DNA from: Terracidiphilus sp.
Lineage (GTDB): Bacteria > Acidobacteriota > Terriglobia > Terriglobales > Acidobacteriaceae
Length of the DNA: 64,000 bases
NCBI GenBank assembly: GCA_049513195.1
Contig: JBEKWJ010000028.1
Span: 31,600-95,599, forward strand
Direction: 5' to 3'
In this document: one piece after another, positions 47,555 through 54,972 of the stretch
Position numbering within the stretch: position 1 is the first letter of the stretch
How the letters are laid out: each line of letters begins with the position of its first letter
Made by a program: the position numbers and the translations under genes
The notes under the pieces: generated by a model
Told to the model about the DNA's origin: nothing
Database searches by the model: none
The model's input: only the letters and a program-made list of their open reading frames with translations

Positions 47555-47666
47555 AAAGTCTGTCGAAAACTGCCGCAAATCTCCAATAAAACTGCGGCGC
47601 TGAAAGATGCGAGCCGTTGCCCTCATTCAAGCCCAGGTCCAAATCGTCAGGCTATGGGGCGGCTTA

Positions 47667-48113
47667 TTACGCCGCGGGCAGCGGCCGCGCGGAAGACTGC
47701 TCCATGCGCGCCGCCTCAACCTTTGCCTGCTGAAGAATACGCACAATCTCTGCTTCAAGTTTCAAAAAATCCAGCGTAAGCACCGTGCGCCGCGGATGAA
47801 GAATCAAATCGCACCCGCGCGGCAAAAGCTCGACATGGCGGCGCAGAGCCTCTCTCATGCGGCGCTTGATGCGGTTCCGTTCATGAGCCTTGCCCATTAC
47901 CTTGCCGGCGGTAAGGCCGACGCGCGGACTAGTCGGCAACTCTGCGCCATCATAAGCAGGCTGTTGCGGCGCCAGAAACCAGCTCATCGAAGCGGACTGA
48001 CGCTTGCGGCTAGCCGCATAGGCACGCTGATAATCGGCATGTTTGCACAGGCGCGCGCCGGTCAGCGATTGCCGGGGAATCTGGCCTTCGACAAAGTTGG
48101 GAGGGGTGGTCAT
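47667..48113 (-). CDS. rnpA: Ribonuclease P protein component
   Basis: RVGLTAGKVMGKAHERNRIKRRMRE (RNR motif). Confidence 0.95.
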   Translation of the reverse strand: MTTPPNFVEGQIPRQSLTGARLCKHADYQRAYAASRKRQSASMSWFLAPQQPAYDGAELPTSPRVGLTAGKVMGKAHERNRIKRRMREALRRHVELLPRGCDLILHPRRTVLTLDFLKLEAEIVRILQQAKVEAARMEQSSARPLPAA

Positions 48114-48227
48114 GGCGACCCTGCTCAATGTGTTGGCCGGAAGCGCATGAAAATGCCATCCATTCCGGCTCCAAAATTGGCTTGGGCAGTTGGCGAGCGT
48201 AGAAAAGTGCAGAACGGCAAGCGACAA

Positions 48228-48383
48228 CTAGTCGCGGAATCCGGCGCTGACGGCCACGCGTTTGCGGCCAATGGCACGGCGCCGGCTGAGGACGGCTGCG
48301 CCGGCCTTGGTCTTCATGCGCGCGCGAAAACCGTGTGTCTTTACACGTTTGCGGCGGTTGGGTTGAAATGTGCGCTTGGGCAT
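48228..48383 (-). CDS. rpmH: 50S ribosomal protein L34
   Basis: [23 protein letters not shown]. Confidence 0.97.
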   Translation of the reverse strand: MPKRTFQPNRRKRVKTHGFRARMKTKAGAAVLSRRRAIGRKRVAVSAGFRD

Positions 48384-48923
48384 GAAAGTGCGCTCCTGTT
48401 TCCTGATGAAAATCTTCGCCTTGACGGCAAGTACTAAGTGTACCGCAGGTTGGCCCAGGAATCCAGCGGTAACTCCGCGGTGAGCCATTTTGATCCACTG
48501 CAACTGAGCTTGTTCAACTTCATCTCGTGATTCTTGAGTGTTGCATCAAACCCCTAAACGACCACGATTGGCGTGGCTTTTAGTGATCTCTCGTTAACAC
48601 TCTAGTAATCTTACCAAACAGTTTCACCAGCAATGGTGCAACTGATCGAGGCAACCAGAAAGTTCTGTGAAACAGTGATTACAACGACTCCCAAATGTGC
48701 TAATCTTGGGACCGTTCAAGAAAGTTTCCCAGCGCCCCAAGGAACCAGTTTCAGACCAGACCCCGAGATCAGTTCCAGGGGTCGAACAGCGGCAATCAAG
48801 CAGTCGGAACCTATGCACAACGACGAAAAGCTCGATGCTTTCCGTCGCCGATAGCTTATTGCCAAAATTCGGGGAATGAACCTGACCTGAAGTCAATAGG
48901 CGGCGCAGGCAAGGATCAGCACG

Positions 48924-50330
48924 ATGGCATTTGCAGTCTCGCCGGCGACGGCACTCAACCCCTGGCTCCAGATCCTCTCTGCTTTAGAGATGAAGGTGAT
49001 TCGTCCCTCATTTGAGACCTGGTTTAAACCCACTCGTTATAGCCATATCGCCAGCCGCACGCTGTATGTCCGCGTGCCCTCGGCGGAGTTTCAGCACCTT
49101 GGGGACCGCTATGGAGACCTGATTCAGGAAGCCATCGAGCAGCAGGAGCTGGAACTGGACGACGTCTGTTTTGTGACCGTCGAGGAAGACCCCTCGATCC
49201 CGCCGCAACGCAAGGATGGCGGCTTTGCGCCGGTGCCTGCCCACGCGCCCACCGCGCCGCCGCAAATGCCCTCGCGTACTCCCGAGCAGGCGCGCTTTGA
49301 TTGGTCAACCGCTGCGCAGCTCAACCCCCGCTACACCTTCGACGCGTTCGTCATCGGCAACGGCAACCAGTTTGCCCGCGCCGCATCCCTCGCCGTCGCT
49401 GAGCGGCCTTCCAAGGCTTACAATCCCCTCTTCCTCTATGGCGGCGTCGGCATGGGCAAGACCCACCTGATGCATGCCATCGGCCACGAGGTGAAGCGCC
49501 GCCAGCCAACCACCAACATCTGCTACGTCTCTGCGGAAAAATTCACCAACGAAATGATCACATCGCTGCGCAACGATCGCATGACCAGCTTCCGCGACCG
49601 CTTCCGCACCGTGGATGTGCTCCTGGTGGACGACATCCAGTTCATCGCTCAGAAAGAGCGCACCCAGGAGGAGTTCTTTCATACCTTCAACGCGCTGCAC
49701 GAGAGCATGAAACAGATCGTGATTGCCTCGGACCGTCCGCCCAAAGAGCTGGCGGAGATTGAGGACCGTCTGCGTTCGCGCTTCGAATGGGGCTTGATCG
49801 CCGACATTCAGCCGCCCGATCTGGAAACCAAAGTCGCCATCCTGCAAAAGAAGGCCGAAAACGAGCAGGTGCAGTTGCCGACGGATGTCGCGCTCTTTGT
49901 GGCCTCAAACGTGCGCACCAACGTGCGTGAGTTGGAAGGTGCTCTGGTGCGTCTCATCGCCTGGTGCCAGCTCAACCGCCTCGAGATCACGCTGCCGTCC
50001 ACGCAGCAGTGCCTCAAGCAGTTCATTGACATGCAGGTGCGCAAAATTACCATCGAGGCCATTCAGCGCGCCGTCAGCGAGAATTTCGGCATGAGGGTCT
50101 CTGACCTGAAGCAGAAAAACAATTCGCGCAATGTGGTGGTGCCGCGCCAGATCGCCATGTACCTGGCCAAGCAGATGACTGAAGCCAGCCTGCCAGAGAT
50201 TGGCCGCCAGTTCGGCAACAAGCACCACACCACGGTGATGCATTCAATCTCCAAAATCGACGAACTGCGCCGCGCCGACAAAGACCTCCACCGCACCCTC
50301 AACAAGCTACAAGAGCAATTGAACGCCTAG
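48924..50330 (+). CDS. dnaA: Chromosomal replication initiator DnaA
   Basis: YTFDAFVIG, YNPLFLYGGVGMGKTHL, LLVDDIQF, NVRELEGAL, RQIAMYL, HHTTVMHS. Confidence 0.98.
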   Translation: MAFAVSPATALNPWLQILSALEMKVIRPSFETWFKPTRYSHIASRTLYVRVPSAEFQHLGDRYGDLIQEAIEQQELELDDVCFVTVEEDPSIPPQRKDGGFAPVPAHAPTAPPQMPSRTPEQARFDWSTAAQLNPRYTFDAFVIGNGNQFARAASLAVAERPSKAYNPLFLYGGVGMGKTHLMHAIGHEVKRRQPTTNICYVSAEKFTNEMITSLRNDRMTSFRDRFRTVDVLLVDDIQFIAQKERTQEEFFHTFNALHESMKQIVIASDRPPKELAEIEDRLRSRFEWGLIADIQPPDLETKVAILQKKAENEQVQLPTDVALFVASNVRTNVRELEGALVRLIAWCQLNRLEITLPSTQQCLKQFIDMQVRKITIEAIQRAVSENFGMRVSDLKQKNNSRNVVVPRQIAMYLAKQMTEASLPEIGRQFGNKHHTTVMHSISKIDELRRADKDLHRTLNKLQEQLNA

Positions 50331-50397
50331 CCACCTGCGGTGCGGCCAACCGCCTTCGGCTGCCCCGCAGCGGTTGGCCCGCTCCGCTCATCAGTCC

Positions 50398-50656
50398 CGA
50401 AGAATCACCATGATCCATGAGAACTGTGGATGAAAAGCTGTGTCCCGTTCATCGCGGCCTTATCGCGATGAGCGGGCGTGTGGCCAGAGGTCAGATCGCG
50501 GCCCGACTATGATTGCGGCAATTGGTGCGTTCATCCGTTTCGAAGAATCACCATGAGGTATGAGAACTGTGGATGAAGAGCTGTGCCCCGTTCATCGCGG
50601 CCTTATCGCGATGAGCGGGCGTGTGGCTTGAGGCCAGATCATAGCCGGACTATGAT
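50398..50656 (+). repeat. Two ~116-bp direct repeats (period 143 bp), each containing a REP hairpin
   Basis: Units 50398-50513 and 50541-50656; hairpins CCCGTTCATCGCG-N7-CGCGATGAGCGGG at 50444-50476 and 50587-50619. Confidence 0.9.
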
Positions 50657-50662
50657 AGCCCC

Positions 50663-51178
50663 ATGCCGTACGATCTGAAACGGTTCCAGAAAGCAGAAGC
50701 TCTCCACTTCGTCACTTTCAGTTGCTTTCACCGTCTCCCGCTTCTCGATGCGCCGGACCCCAAGAACACAGTTGAGGCCGTACTTGAACTGACTCGCGCA
50801 CGACATCAGGCGAGGGTCTACGCCTACGTTCTGATGCCTGAGCACGTCCATTTGCTCATCAACGAGCCACCATCGATTCTCGTCGCTCAGTTTCTCAAAG
50901 CAGTCAAGCAGATCACTTCGCGCAAACTGAAAGGTCAACGCGAGAAGTTTTGGGAGCAACGTTACTATGACAGCAACGTCCATGGTGCAGAGGCTCGCTC
51001 CGAGGTGATCCGCTACATCCATCGGAATCCCGTGAAACGCGGATTGGTACCATCTCCCGGCGACTACCAGTGGAGCAGTTTCAACCACTACGCAACCGGA
51101 GTTCGAGGAGCGGTTGAAATCGAATCGGAGTGGACGGCGAGACTTCGCGGCCCACTCATCGCGGCCTTATCGCGATGA
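50663..51178 (+). CDS. REP-associated tyrosine transposase (RAYT, Y1/HUH)
   Basis: HFVTFSC, YVLMPEHVHLL (HUH), FWEQRYYD, YIHRNPVKRGLV, YQWSS; flanked by palindromes. Confidence 0.92.
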   Translation: MPYDLKRFQKAEALHFVTFSCFHRLPLLDAPDPKNTVEAVLELTRARHQARVYAYVLMPEHVHLLINEPPSILVAQFLKAVKQITSRKLKGQREKFWEQRYYDSNVHGAEARSEVIRYIHRNPVKRGLVPSPGDYQWSSFNHYATGVRGAVEIESEWTARLRGPLIAALSR

Positions 51179-51329
51179 GCGGGCGGTTGGGCAGGTGGCC
51201 CGCTCATCAGTCCCAATGAATCCCCATGAGTCTTGAAAAGCTGTGCCCCGTTCATCGCGGCTTTATCGCGATGAGCGGGAGGGCAGCGGCGGGCTGCCCC
51301 ATCCTTCGCGCACTCTGCAAAGGGTGAGG
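51151..51329 (+). repeat. REP hairpin copies downstream of RAYT
   Basis: Hairpins at 51151-51183 (overlapping the RAYT stop) and 51247-51279; variant GCTGCCCCATCCTTCGCG...GCAAAGGGTGAGG at 51291-51329. Confidence 0.85.
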
Positions 51330-51629
51330 TACCCCACGCGAGCAACAAGCGAGCCACTGGCCCCACCGCAGGTGGTTGCAGATAATTTCCCTCCCGGTGT
51401 GCACAATGGAAGAATGAAAGATGGCCAGAGCGGCGTGCTTTTACTGACCACCGACCACTGTCTTTAGGCTGACCCCACCCCCCCCTACACCTCCGGGGAC
51501 GGGTTTTCGGCTCATTGATCACTCGTAACCAGCATTAAATCAACCACTTGTAATTATTTCCTTGAACGAATAGGAACCTCAAAATCGTGTTTTTTGACCC
51601 ATTTTTAGCCCTAAAAGGCTTCGCTTTTG

Positions 51630-51658
51630 GCGAAAAAGGTCGCTTTTTCGCGCTTTTT
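51630..51658. terminator. A/T-flanked hairpin downstream of the jag-like gene
   Basis: GCGAAAAAG-GTCG-CTTTTTCGC followed by GCTTTTT. Confidence 0.45.
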
Positions 51659-51760
51659 GAAAGACAGAGGAAGCTGGCGCAGATCCCTCGCTTTTGGGGA
51701 TTTGGGATACCACGAACCACTGGCGAGCGAATGCCGAGCGTTTGGCCCCAAAGCAGGTGG

Positions 51761-52366
51761 CTAGCGCCGTGAGCGTCCGCGATCTCCGCGATCACGCCCG
51801 CGATCACCTTGGCTTCGCCCGCGGTCCCCAAAGCTTCTCGGCTTCACGGGTGCGGCGACTGGCAAGTCCGTTTTGCCTGCCGGAAAAACAGCGAGAAATC
51901 GTTCCTGTCCTTCGCCATTGCTGGCCGTCTCCACGCCTTCAATGCCGCGGAACGCCATGTGCAGCAGACGGCGCTCTCGGCTATTCATCGCCGGGAAGGC
52001 ATACGGAATGCCGGAGCGGATCACTTTTTCCGCAGCGGTCTCGGCCGTCAGGCGCAGCTCCTGGGCGCGCAAAGCCTTGAAGTTGCCCGCGTCGAAGCTG
52101 ACCAGGTCGCCCTCGCGCTGGTCGAGGCGAAGAATCTGCGCGGAGATGGTCTCCAGAGCCAGCAGCAGTTCGCCGTTATGCTGCGTAACCAGCGGCACGT
52201 CTGGTCCGCCCAGTTCAATGCACAGGGCAGGGGCGTGCTCTTCGGCGTCAGGCACGCTGTCGCCGGCACTGATGCGGTACTTGAGGCGCAGACCACCTAG
52301 CTTGTTCAGGGTGGCGAGGAATCCGGCAATCTTCTGGGCGGCTTGTTGCAGATCATCGATAGGCAT
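51761..52366 (-). CDS. jag: Jag/EloR (KhpB)-like KH + R3H RNA-binding protein lacking Jag_N
   Basis: KH-like segment GPDVPLVTQHNGELLLALE, DAGNFKALR, R3H motif MNSRERRLLH, SNGEGQERFLAV. Confidence 0.8.
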   Translation of the reverse strand: MPIDDLQQAAQKIAGFLATLNKLGGLRLKYRISAGDSVPDAEEHAPALCIELGGPDVPLVTQHNGELLLALETISAQILRLDQREGDLVSFDAGNFKALRAQELRLTAETAAEKVIRSGIPYAFPAMNSRERRLLHMAFRGIEGVETASNGEGQERFLAVFPAGKTDLPVAAPVKPRSFGDRGRSQGDRGRDRGDRGRSRR

Positions 52367-52565
52367 AACAACTCAGTATCGCAGAGCGGAGCGGCGAATG
52401 GGCGGGAATCCGGCGAGAAACTGCAACAAAAGGTGGTCTCAGCATTCTCGCGCGCCGACGCTGCGGCAGTCGAGAACCTGGCGACTGCCTCATTCCAAAA
52501 TCGTCCTGGCATAGCAACCGCGCTACCTGCCACGAATGCAGCAGTGGATGATACCTTGAGCATAT

Positions 52566-53459
52566 ATGTCTCAAATCCCAGGCATGGCTGTCTCACAGGG
52601 CATTTCGATCTCCAAAGTGTGTAGGCTGCTTCTGCTGCTATTGCCGCTCGTGGGCGCACTGCCAGCGCATGCGCAGGGCGGCCCGCCTTTCATTACCGAC
52701 GATCCCGGCACGCCTGGCAACCGCCACTGGGAGATTAACTTCGGCTGGATCGCCGACCACAACCCCGGCAACGCTTACTACCAGTTGCCCGACATCGACA
52801 TGAACTACGGCTGGGGCGACCGCATTCAGCTCAAGTACGAACTGCCGCTGGCCGCAGCGACCGACGCCAATAACACCACCCGGGCGGGCCTGGGCGAGAG
52901 TTTGCTGGGCATTAAGTGGCGCCCCTACGAGCATCACACTGCGGGTGAACCAAAGTCCGATGAGAATATGAATTTTTCGGTGGGGACCTATCCGCAGGTT
53001 TCCATCAACAACCCAACCAGCGCCGTGCATCGCGGGATTGTCGAGAGCGGACCGCAATACTATTTGCCGGTAGAAGCCACCGCCAAGCTTGGGCCCATCG
53101 ATTTCAACGGTGAAGTAGGCCGCTGGATCGGCAACCGCAACGTACCCAGCCGTTGGGGACGCGGACTGATTGTCGGCCATGAGTTCAGCGAGCGAATGGA
53201 ACTGTACGGGGAAATTTACAATTTACAGGATGCGAATCGCATCGGTACGACTCCCAAGCAGCGTGAGTTAACGGTGGACTTCGGAGGCCGTCGGAGCCTC
53301 GACCACGCCGGTCACCTGCGCCTGCTCTTCATGGGCGGCCGCAGTATTCAAGCAGTGACGCGGCAGAACAGCGAACCAAATTGGATTGCCTATCTCGGCG
53401 TGCAAATTCTTCTGGGACCAAAGGAGAGCAGCGGCGAAATTAAACCAGAAGTTAAGTAG
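52566..53459 (+). CDS. Putative outer-membrane beta-barrel protein (GPPFITDDP family)
   Basis: Signal peptide, QGGPPFITDDPGTPG, alternating beta-strand pattern, C-terminal YLGVQILL. Confidence 0.6.
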   Translation: MSQIPGMAVSQGISISKVCRLLLLLLPLVGALPAHAQGGPPFITDDPGTPGNRHWEINFGWIADHNPGNAYYQLPDIDMNYGWGDRIQLKYELPLAAATDANNTTRAGLGESLLGIKWRPYEHHTAGEPKSDENMNFSVGTYPQVSINNPTSAVHRGIVESGPQYYLPVEATAKLGPIDFNGEVGRWIGNRNVPSRWGRGLIVGHEFSERMELYGEIYNLQDANRIGTTPKQRELTVDFGGRRSLDHAGHLRLLFMGGRSIQAVTRQNSEPNWIAYLGVQILLGPKESSGEIKPEVK

Positions 53460-53521
53460 CAAGCGAACCGGGGCCGACAGCGTCCTTCGATGTTGTGTTC
53501 TGGATCGGCAATCAGATGAGC

Positions 53522-54778
53522 TTATGGATGGATCTGCTCCGTCTTGGTTGCGCTGGCTGGTGTTGTCTGCTTTTGCTTGCTCACTTCGAGCACAGTGATC
53601 GACATCTCCCGATTTCCCTGGACAAGTTCCAGCCCCAGAGTATTTTTGAGGGCGGCGTTCACGCTATCAGGGTCACTTCCGGTAGTTTTGAATCGCGCAT
53701 CGAACCTGCCGTCGATGTCGGTCTCGTTGATGACCGGGTTCTCCAGCCCAGTTGCCAGCACATAGGCGAGATCATCCATCGTCCCATTCATCAGAATGAA
53801 GCGTCCGTGCCAATAGCCTCGCTTCACCTTGCGCGTCGAAGCCGATTGACTGAGCAGCTTCTTGCTCGCGTCGGTCGCCCGAAGAATATACGCGTTCCTG
53901 GTTACGGTCTTGGGCTGAATCTGCAAATGCAATGCGGAGAGAACGGCTTGTTGAACGGCAGAGTCGATCACCGATTTGGGCACATCAACGAAACTCATAC
54001 GAAGGTCGTAGCTCCCGTCCGGCAGCGAATCCTTCAGAACATACCGATTCTCGAAAACGTCAAAAGCATTCGTCATGAGGCTATCGGCATCGTTCCCGAG
54101 GAAATCCGTGCCGGTCGGCGGATGGTTGACTTGCGATGGCTTTGCATCGGGTGCGGCTTTGCTAACGGACACTGCAAACAAAGCATGGATCGTGGCATCC
54201 GTAGACTCTCCGCTCGACGAGGTGATCTCCGTGGTTGGCTTGAACTCGACGCTCTTTCCGCCTGCAACGGCCTGAAGATCGGCGGCGCTTACCGAATCGA
54301 TCTCTGTTGCAGCGACAATCTTTCCGTCTCCATCGACAATGATGGTCGTCGGTCTGGACTTGATTCCATACCATGCGAAGACCGCGCCCGACGTATCGAC
54401 CCCAACCCAACCGGACATTTTCTTCTTGGTCAAAAATGTCTGTACGGCTTTCAAGTCTTCATCGTCAATAGAGATGAATTGGAATTTCGCCGGGTCGAGC
54501 GATTCCACAAGCTGATTGAAATGCGGAAGGCTCGCCACACACGGAGAGCACCATGTGGCCCAAAACTCGAGCACCGTCACCTTGCCCTTCAGGCTTGCCC
54601 ACTCTGCTCTCACGCCCAAAGGAGCTTGCAGCAGCACTAATGAATCCAAAGGCGGAGCAGGCGTTCCCTTCTCGGGAAGCGCCGAAAGAGAAGATGCCCC
54701 AAGCAGGGCCGCGACCAACGAGACCACGGCAAATCGAATGGATTCGCAAGAACGCAAACGTTCAATAGTTGACCGCAT
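53522..54778 (-). CDS. TlpA-like thioredoxin fused to a TIGR03435-family domain
   Basis: Signal peptide; FWATWCSPC and GIKSRPTTIIVD; C-terminal MDDLAYVL...PVINETDIDGRFD...LGLELV; GAGGGGA RBS. Confidence 0.75.
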   Translation of the reverse strand: MRSTIERLRSCESIRFAVVSLVAALLGASSLSALPEKGTPAPPLDSLVLLQAPLGVRAEWASLKGKVTVLEFWATWCSPCVASLPHFNQLVESLDPAKFQFISIDDEDLKAVQTFLTKKKMSGWVGVDTSGAVFAWYGIKSRPTTIIVDGDGKIVAATEIDSVSAADLQAVAGGKSVEFKPTTEITSSSGESTDATIHALFAVSVSKAAPDAKPSQVNHPPTGTDFLGNDADSLMTNAFDVFENRYVLKDSLPDGSYDLRMSFVDVPKSVIDSAVQQAVLSALHLQIQPKTVTRNAYILRATDASKKLLSQSASTRKVKRGYWHGRFILMNGTMDDLAYVLATGLENPVINETDIDGRFDARFKTTGSDPDSVNAALKNTLGLELVQGNREMSITVLEVSKQKQTTPASATKTEQIHP

Positions 54779-54972
54779 GATTCCCCTCAAGTGCAAAACT
54801 GCACCCATCTTACGCCAGAGGCCAATCCATGAACTCGGTGACGCGTCAGAATGGCGAGCCGAATTGGATGACGCACCTAAGCCCCCAGTTGTTGCTGGTC
54901 CGAAATAGGTAGTCAGCAACCGCACACAATAGAAAAGAATGATCGTTCTTTCACTCAATGCCAGGCACAATG

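Larger units (their letters stand above)
50331..51375. mobile_element. RAYT-REP cassette bounded by 18-bp inverted motifs
   Basis: Left CCACCTGCGGTGCGGCCA (50331-50348) and right TGGCCCCACCGCAGGTGG (51358-51375) are 17/18 inverted; the cassette contains the transposase and REP hairpins. Confidence 0.7.

Noticed and set aside
48384-48923. rpmH-dnaA intergenic region as oriC
   Set aside because: The position is typical, but by eye I found only 2-mismatch DnaA-box variants (e.g. CTATGCACA) and no clear cluster, so it is not called.
50398-51279. Repeats flanking the RAYT gene as a CRISPR array
   Set aside because: Only 2+2 copies, the intervening sequence is itself repeated rather than unique spacers, and there are no cas genes; a REP/REPIN reading fits better.
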